Shown: positions 55,959 through 64,000 of the stretch, in pieces
Position numbering within the stretch: the first letter of the stretch is position 1
How the letters are laid out: each line of letters begins with the position of its first letter
NCBI GenBank assembly: GCA_051005615.1
Contig: JBPCJE010000026.1
Location: 25,454-89,453, forward strand
DNA: 64,000 bases
DNA from: Aeromicrobium sp.
GTDB taxonomy: Bacteria > Actinomycetota > Actinomycetes > Propionibacteriales > Nocardioidaceae
Direction: 5' to 3'
Made by a program: the position numbers and the translations under genes
The notes under the pieces: model-generated
The model's input: only the letters and a program-made list of their open reading frames with translations
Told to the model about the DNA's origin: nothing
Database searches by the model: none

Positions 55959-56903
55959 ATGAAAGTCGTCGCGCTCGGCGGCGGCCACGGACTCGCGGCG
56001 AGTCTGTCGGCCCTGCGGCTGCTCCACACCGACCTCACCGGGGTCGTCACCGTGGCCGACAACGGTGGTTCGTCCGGGCGTCTGCGCGACGAGCTGGGTG
56101 TCCTCCCGCCCGGCGACCTCCGCATGGCGCTGGCCGCATTGTGCGCCGACGACGAGTGGGGACGGCAATGGGCAGCCATCCTGCAGCACCGGTTCGACGG
56201 AGACGGCCCGCTGCGTGACCACGCCGTCGGCAACCTGCTGATCGCCGCCATCTGGGACATCCTCGGCGACCACGTGGGCGGTCTCGACCTCGTCGGTGAG
56301 CTGCTGGGCGCCCGCGGCCGGGTGCTGCCGATGTCCGCGGTGCCGCTCGACATCGAGGCCGACGTCCACCTACGGTCGGCGCCCGACCGGCTCACCGTCG
56401 TGCGCGGCCAGGTTCAGGTCGCGGAGGTCGACGGGCAGGTCGTCAGCGTCCGCCTCGACCCGGTGGACCCGCCGGCCTGCCCGGAGGCCGTCGAGGCGGT
56501 GAAGGAGGCCGACTGGGTGGTCATCGGCCCGGGGTCGTGGTTCACCAGCGTGATGCCCACGCTGCTCGTGCCCGAGCTGCGCGACGCTCTCGTCAGCACC
56601 AGCGCTCGCCGGGTCCTCGTGCTCAACCTGCAGGAGCAGGAGGGCGAGACCGAAGGACTGTCACCCACCGACCACCTCGAGGTGTTGTCGGCGCACGCAC
56701 CTGACCTCGGCCTCGACACCGTCGTTGCCGACAGCTCGCTCCTCGACGGCCGGGGCAGCCTCGCGGGGGTCGCGAGGGAGCTGGGCGCGCGGCTCGTGAC
56801 CGCGGAGCTCGCGCGCGAGCCCGGTTCCGACCAGCACGACCCGCAGCGACTTTCCGAGGCTTTTCACATGATCTTGGCCAGTGCCGATATGAAGGGGCCA
56901 TAG
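55959..56903 (+). CDS. yvcK: YvcK/CuvA UDP-GlcNAc-binding protein
   Basis: ALGGGHGL, ADNGGSSGRLR, PPGDLR and GPGSWFTS. Confidence 0.93.
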   Translation: MKVVALGGGHGLAASLSALRLLHTDLTGVVTVADNGGSSGRLRDELGVLPPGDLRMALAALCADDEWGRQWAAILQHRFDGDGPLRDHAVGNLLIAAIWDILGDHVGGLDLVGELLGARGRVLPMSAVPLDIEADVHLRSAPDRLTVVRGQVQVAEVDGQVVSVRLDPVDPPACPEAVEAVKEADWVVIGPGSWFTSVMPTLLVPELRDALVSTSARRVLVLNLQEQEGETEGLSPTDHLEVLSAHAPDLGLDTVVADSSLLDGRGSLAGVARELGARLVTAELAREPGSDQHDPQRLSEAFHMILASADMKGP

Positions 56904-56939
56904 AGTGACACTGTTCAGCACCGTGGAGGGGTTCACCGC

Positions 56940-57923
56940 ATGGCCATGACGGCACAGGTCAAGTCCGAGCTCTCCAGCACGGCGATCACCAAGTCCTGCT
57001 GCCGCAAGGCCGAGGTCTCCTCCATCCTCCGCTTCGCCGGGGGGCTCCACATCGTCGCCGGCCGCATCGTCGTCGAGGCCGAGCTCGACACCGGAGCCGC
57101 GGCCCGCCGCCTGCGCAAGGACATCGCCGAGGTCTACGGGCACGACAGCGAGGTCGTGGTCATGCAGGGCAGCGGCCTGCGCAAGGGCACGCACTACGTC
57201 GTGCGGGTGAACCGCGACGGCGAGGCACTCGCCCGACAGACCGGTCTCGTCGACTCCGGCGGACGTCCGGTGCGTGGTCTCCCGCCCCAGGTCGTCTCGG
57301 GCGCGTCCTGCGACGCCGTGGCCGCGTGGCGGGGCACGTTCCTCGCCCATGGTTCGCTCACCGAGCCGGGTCGGTCGTCGTCGCTCGAGGTCAGCTGCCC
57401 CGGCCCTGAAGCCGCACTCGCGCTGGTCGGCGCCGCTCGTCGGCTCGGCATCAGCGCCAAGGCTCGCGAGGTGCGCGGCGTCGACCGGGTCGTCATCCGC
57501 GACGGCGAGGCCATCGGAGCACTCCTCACGCGTCTCGGCGCCCACGGGTCGCTGCTGGCCTGGGAGGAGCGCCGCATGCGGCGCGAGGTGCGCGCCACCG
57601 CCAACCGGCTGGCAAACTTCGACGACGCCAACATGCGTCGCTCCGCCCGTGCCGCGGTGGCCGCCGGCGCGAGGGCTCAACGCGCGCTCGAGATCCTTGG
57701 CGACGACGTGCCTGACCACCTCAAGATGGCCGGCACCCTCCGGGTCGAGCACCGCCAGGCCAGCCTCGAGGAGCTCGGTCAGCTGCACGACCCGCCGCTC
57801 ACCAAGGACGCCATCGCCGGGCGCATCCGCCGTCTGCTCGCGATGGCCGACAAGGTGGCCCAGGACGCCGGCATTCCCGACACCGAGGCGGGCCTCGGTG
57901 AGGAAGCCCTCCGGGACGCCTGA
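56940..57923 (+). CDS. whiA: DNA-binding protein WhiA
   Basis: [33 protein letters not shown] and SLEELG. Confidence 0.97.
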   Translation: MAMTAQVKSELSSTAITKSCCRKAEVSSILRFAGGLHIVAGRIVVEAELDTGAAARRLRKDIAEVYGHDSEVVVMQGSGLRKGTHYVVRVNRDGEALARQTGLVDSGGRPVRGLPPQVVSGASCDAVAAWRGTFLAHGSLTEPGRSSSLEVSCPGPEAALALVGAARRLGISAKAREVRGVDRVVIRDGEAIGALLTRLGAHGSLLAWEERRMRREVRATANRLANFDDANMRRSARAAVAAGARAQRALEILGDDVPDHLKMAGTLRVEHRQASLEELGQLHDPPLTKDAIAGRIRRLLAMADKVAQDAGIPDTEAGLGEEALRDA

Positions 57924-58988
<1,065 letters not shown>

Positions 58989-59010
58989 CCCGGCTGCGCA
59001 GACACTGCTC

Positions 59011-60206
59011 GTGAAGACCATCGACGACCTGGGTGACCTGGGCGCCCGACGCGTGCTCGTCCGCAGCGACCTCAACGTGCCGCTCGAGGGTGCGACGATC
59101 ACCGATGACGGCCGGGTGCGCGCGAGCGTCCCGACCATCGAGCGGTTGGCCGATGCCGGTGCTCGCGTTCTGGTCGTCGCCCATCTGGGCCGCCCCAAGG
59201 GCACTCCGGACCCGGCATTCACGCTCAAGCCCGTCGCCGAGCGCCTGGGCGAGCTGCTTGGAAACCCGGTGCTGTTCGCCAACGACACCGTCGGCGCGGA
59301 GGCGCAACGCGTCGCGTCGGCGTTGAACGACGGTGAGGTCGCGGTGCTCGAGAACGTTCGCTTCAACCCGGGCGAGACGAGCAAGGACGACGACGAGCGC
59401 GGGGCGTTCGCCGACCAGCTGGCCGGGCTCGCCGACGCCTTCGTCTCTGACGGCTTCGGCGTGGTGCACCGCAAGCAGGCCAGCGTCTACGACGTCGCCA
59501 CCCGCCTCCCGGCCGCGGTCGGCGGACTCGTGCAGGCCGAGGTCGAGGTTCTCGAACGACTCATCACCAGTCCGGAGCGCCCGTACGTCGTGGTGCTCGG
59601 CGGCTCGAAGGTGTCCGACAAGCTCGGCGTCATCGACAGCCTGATCGAGAAGGCCGACAGCCTGCTCATCGGCGGCGGCATGGTCTTCACGTTCCTGGCG
59701 GCGCAGGGACATGACGTCGGCTCCTCGCTGCTCGAGGAGGACCAGATCGACATTGCCAAGGGCTACATCGAGCAGGCGGCCGACCAGGGCATCGATCTCG
59801 TGCTTCCCACCGACATCGTGGTCGCCCCCGAGTTCCACGCTGACGCCGCACCCACCACCGTGGCGGCCGATGCGATGCCGTCGGACCAGATGGGTCTCGA
59901 CATCGGCCCCGACTCGGCGGAGGCCTTTGCCGCCGTCGTCCGCTCCGCACGCACCGTGTTCTGGAACGGCCCGATGGGTGTCTTCGAGATGCCCGCTTTC
60001 GCTGCGGGAACCTATGCCGTCTCCGAGGCTTTGACAGAAGTTGACGGGCTTTCCGTCGTCGGCGGTGGCGACTCGGCCGCCGCCGTGCGTCAGCTCGGTT
60101 TCACCGACGACCAGTTCGGCCACATCTCCACCGGCGGTGGCGCCAGCCTCGAGTACCTCGAGGGCAAGACGCTGCCCGGACTCGCAGTACTGGAAGGTGA
60201 CGACGT

Positions 60207-60210
<4 letters not shown>
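59011..60210 (+). CDS. pgk: phosphoglycerate kinase
   Basis: [29 protein letters not shown] and STGGGASLE. Confidence 0.98.
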
Positions 60211-61001
<791 letters not shown>

Positions 61002-61011
61002 AAGGCTCTAC

Positions 61012-61248
61012 GTGATCATTCTCTTCTCCGTGGTACTCACGATCGCCAGCTTGCTGATGATCGTGCTGATCCTCATGCACAAGGGCCGCGGCGGTGGACT
61101 CTCCGACATGTTCGGCGGCGGCGTCTCCAGCTCGTTGGGCGGCTCGTCCGTCGCCGAGCGGAACCTCGACCGCATCACGGTCGGGATCGCCGTGGTCTGG
61201 GTCGTGTGCATCGTGGCACTCGGCCTCCTGCTGAAGGTGAGCAACTGA
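61012..61248 (+). CDS. secG: preprotein translocase subunit SecG
   Basis: LMHKGRGGGLSDMFGGG..ERNLDR with two TM helices, after tpiA. Confidence 0.93.
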   Translation: MIILFSVVLTIASLLMIVLILMHKGRGGGLSDMFGGGVSSSLGGSSVAERNLDRITVGIAVVWVVCIVALGLLLKVSN

Positions 61249-61249
61249 C

Positions 61250-61603
61250 ATGGCGGCAGGAGCGATCCGGGGCAGTCGCATCGGCTCCGGCCCGATGGGT
61301 GAGGCCGAGCGTGGCGAGGCGGCACCCCGCCAGTCGGTGACGTACTTCTGCAACAACGACCACGAGACCGAGCTCCAGTTCTCCGTCGAGGCCGAGGTCC
61401 CCGAGGCGTGGGACTGCCCGCGCTGCGGCATGCCTGCCAGCATCGACGAGAAGAACCGCCCGACGGCTCCCAAGATCGAGCCGGACAAGACGCACCTGGC
61501 CTACGTGAAGGAGCGCCGCAGCGAGACCGAGGCGGCCGAGATCCTCACCGAGGCCATCGAGACCCTGCGCACCAAGCGCAAGTCGGGCGAGGTCATCTTC
61601 TGA
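61250..61603 (+). CDS. rbpA: RbpA-family RNA polymerase-binding protein (secG-linked paralog)
   Basis: AIRGSRIG, C..H..WDCPRC and KTHLAYVKERR. Confidence 0.8.
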   Translation: MAAGAIRGSRIGSGPMGEAERGEAAPRQSVTYFCNNDHETELQFSVEAEVPEAWDCPRCGMPASIDEKNRPTAPKIEPDKTHLAYVKERRSETEAAEILTEAIETLRTKRKSGEVIF

Positions 61604-62303
61604 GCTCGTCGGGCCTCGACGACGCTGCGGCGTCGTCGAGGAGCCATCGAGTCTCCTGACGGCCGCGAGCACCACGTGCGGGCGTCTCGTCGACCGACCC
61701 GTCGGCGGACAGCGCTCGGGCGACGGCGTCGGCCTTGTCCTCGCCGGAGACGAGGAACCAGACGGCTTGGGAGTGGTTGATGGCGGGATAGGTCATCGAC
61801 ACGCGCACCGGCGGGGGCTTGGGGGAGTCGAAGACCTCGACGCAATCCCGGTCGACCTCCCGGAGCTGCGCGAAGCCGGGGAAGAGTGAGGCGACGTGTG
61901 CATCCGGCCCCATGCCGAGAAGCACGACGTCGAACGGGTCCTCGGGCAGCGTGGCGGCGTAGCGGTCTGCGGCCTCGGCAGCACTCAGCGAGCAGTCGTT
62001 GCCGGCGACGCTGTGGATCTGCACCGCACCGACCCGGTCGAGGAACGCGTCACGCGCCTGCTGGTCGTTGCGATCGGCGTGCCCCTCGGGCACGAAGCGC
62101 TCGTCGCCGAACCAGAACTCGACGTCGGACCAGTCGGCGGCGTCAGCGTCGATGCGCTCGTAGGCCGCCGCGGCGATGCTGCCTCCGGTGAGGACGAGGC
62201 GCGGCGTGCGTCCCTGCGCCTGCAGTCCGGCGACCAGCTCGGTGAGTCGCTGGGCGATCGCCTGGGCGAGCGCATCGGCATCAGGCAGCACCTGGAGGGT
62301 CAT
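61593..62303 (-). CDS. pgl: 6-phosphogluconolactonase
   Basis: LTGG, GDERFV, LGMGPDAHVASLFP and SPKPPP. Confidence 0.95.
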   Translation of the reverse strand: MTLQVLPDADALAQAIAQRLTELVAGLQAQGRTPRLVLTGGSIAAAAYERIDADAADWSDVEFWFGDERFVPEGHADRNDQQARDAFLDRVGAVQIHSVAGNDCSLSAAEAADRYAATLPEDPFDVVLLGMGPDAHVASLFPGFAQLREVDRDCVEVFDSPKPPPVRVSMTYPAINHSQAVWFLVSGEDKADAVARALSADGSVDETPARGARGRQETRWLLDDAAASSRPDELRR

Positions 62304-63205
62304 GAGTCGGCCAGCAGGTGCTTGAGGGTCGCGGCGTAGATGTCGTCCGCGTCGAGACGGCGCAGGTCCTCGGCGAGCAGCTCGGCCAGGGTGCGAGCAC
62401 CGAGCGGGACCTCCCGCGGAGCCGAGCCCGGGACGCTGAACTGGCACGTCGTGGCGTCGATCCGCTCGATCATCACGTCGCCCTCGGCCATCGTGAGCAC
62501 GACCTTCGAGATCTGCTCCTTGTCGCCGCGGCGCCGGGTGATCGGCACGCGCAACCGGCTCTCCAGCCACGCGACCAGGAGCGTGGCCACCGGGTTGCCC
62601 GGCTTGAACTCCACTGTTCCGCCGGTGACCTTGCCGGTGGACTGGTCGAGGGCGGCGGCCAGCAGGGCGCGCCACGGCGTGAGGCGCGTCCAGGAGAGAT
62701 CCGTGTCGCCAGGGGCGTAGTGACGTGCGGTGGCCTTGAGCGCGCGGACGGGGGAGTCGGTGCTCTCGGCGTCCGTGAGGCGTCGCTGAGCCAGCTGGCC
62801 GATCGAGTCGGTCGACGGATCGGCCGGGGCGTGGCGGGGCCACCAGACGACGACCGGTGAGTCCGGCAGCAGGAGCGGCAGGACGACCGAGTCCGCGTGC
62901 TTGGTGACCGGGCCTGACAGTCTGAGCAGCACCGACTCGCCGGACGAGTTCTGACCGACGCGGACCTTCGCATCGACGCGGGGCGCGCCCCGGCCGTCGC
63001 CGAGCACGATGCCGATGACGCGGGCGGGGTGCTCACGCGAGAGCAGCGCGGCGGTCCTGAGCGCGTCACCGACCGTCTCGTCGTCGGTGACGACGAGGAA
63101 CGTGAGCACCATGTCCATGGCCGGGCTGCCGGCGGCGATGCGCGCCTTGACCATCGCCTGAGCGATGTGGGACGACGTCGTGTTCTCAAGGGTGGTTTCC
63201 ATCAC
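62300..63205 (-). CDS. opcA: G6PDH assembly protein OpcA
   Basis: REHPAR, LLLPDSPVVVWW and YAPGDTDLSWTRLTPWR. Start is GTG 63205 or ATG 63202. Confidence 0.93.
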   Translation of the reverse strand: MMETTLENTTSSHIAQAMVKARIAAGSPAMDMVLTFLVVTDDETVGDALRTAALLSREHPARVIGIVLGDGRGAPRVDAKVRVGQNSSGESVLLRLSGPVTKHADSVVLPLLLPDSPVVVWWPRHAPADPSTDSIGQLAQRRLTDAESTDSPVRALKATARHYAPGDTDLSWTRLTPWRALLAAALDQSTGKVTGGTVEFKPGNPVATLLVAWLESRLRVPITRRRGDKEQISKVVLTMAEGDVMIERIDATTCQFSVPGSAPREVPLGARTLAELLAEDLRRLDADDIYAATLKHLLADS

Positions 63206-64000
63206 GGACGCCTCCAGACGCGACCGTCGCGGGCGATCATCGCGTCGGCAGAAGCCGGACCCCACGTGCCGGCCGTGTACGTGTCGACGCTCGTCTGGCG
63301 CGACCAGTGCTCGATGACGGGATCGAGGATCTCCCACGCGAGCTCGACCTCCTCGCGCTGCGGAAACAGGGGTGGGTCGCCGAGGAGAACGTCGAGGATG
63401 AGCCGTTCGTAGGCCTCCGGGCTGCTCTCGACGAACGCGCCCCCGTACGCGAAGTCCATCAGCACGTCGCGGATCTCCATGGTGGTCCCGGGCACCTTGG
63501 CGCCGAAGCGGAGCGTGACGCCTTCGTCGGGCTGGATGCGCATCACGAGCGCGTTCTTGCCGAGCTCCTCGACGTCGTGCTTGGCGAACGGCTGGTGCGG
63601 CGCCGGCTTGAACACGACGGCCACCTCGGTGACGCGTCGACCCAGACGCTTGCCCGCGCGCAGGTAGAACGGCACGCCGGCCCAGCGCCGGGTGGCGATG
63701 TCGATGCGCATCGCCGCATAGGTCTCGGTGGTGGAGCCCTGGGGGATGCCCTCCTCCTCGAGGTAGCCGACGACCTTCTCGCCGCCGGCCCATCCGGCCA
63801 CGTAGTGCGCGTGTGCGGTGTGGAAGTCGAGGCGTGGTGTCGGTCGTGCGTTGGTGAGGATCTTCTGCTTCTCGATCCGCAGGCTCGACGCCTTGAACGA
63901 GACCGGTTCCTCCATCGCGATCAGCGCCATCAGCTGCAACAGGTGGTTCTGGATGACGTCGCGTGCGGCGCCGATGTCGTCGTAGTAGCCGGCACGTGTG
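63202..64000 (-). CDS. zwf: glucose-6-phosphate 1-dehydrogenase (3' part, 5' end outside window)
   Basis: RDVIQNHLLQL, RWAGVPFYLRAGK, RIQPDEG and AYERL. Confidence 0.96.
   Translation of the reverse strand, partial: TRAGYYDDIGAARDVIQNHLLQLMALIAMEEPVSFKASSLRIEKQKILTNARPTPRLDFHTAHAHYVAGWAGGEKVVGYLEEEGIPQGSTTETYAAMRIDIATRRWAGVPFYLRAGKRLGRRVTEVAVVFKPAPHQPFAKHDVEELGKNALVMRIQPDEGVTLRFGAKVPGTTMEIRDVLMDFAYGGAFVESSPEAYERLILDVLLGDPPLFPQREEVELAWEILDPVIEHWSRQTSVDTYTAGTWGPASADAMIARDGRVWRRP

Noticed and set aside
56901-56911. GACAC (WhiA-type motif) upstream of whiA
   Set aside because: A 5-bp match is too short to support on its own

Overview
High-GC actinobacterial chromosomal segment. Gene content and order suggest Nocardioidaceae, possibly Aeromicrobium (inference). 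It is mostly conserved core genes: rmuC, cbs-metB, sepH, putA, an MmpL transporter, the hemH-suhB-DUF4193-dut-DUF3710-trkA-kimA-like block, acnA, dxs, a fabG4/fadA2/MaoC fatty-acid cluster, uvrB, uvrA, uvrC-rapZ-yvcK-whiA, gap-pgk-tpiA-secG-rbpA-like, and pgl-opcA-zwf (zwf truncated by the window end). No tRNA, rRNA, CRISPR array, transposase or prophage was recognised. The most notable signals are: (i) a DUF6318-like lipoprotein plus secreted PKD-like protein pair whose central part is a low-GC cassette between host-like ends; (ii) a ~72-nt long hairpin starting at a predicted TSS upstream of putA, a candidate sRNA or leader; (iii) PafBC/RecA-NDp-type promoters on uvrA, uvrB, uvrC and rmuC; (iv) a yybP-ykoY Mn riboswitch before terC; (v) a TamR-like operator before acnA; (vi) a dispersed REP-like palindrome; (vii) a frameshifted FMO-LuxR pair and a decayed carbonic anhydrase. 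Family assignments come from recognised motifs and synteny, not from database searches.
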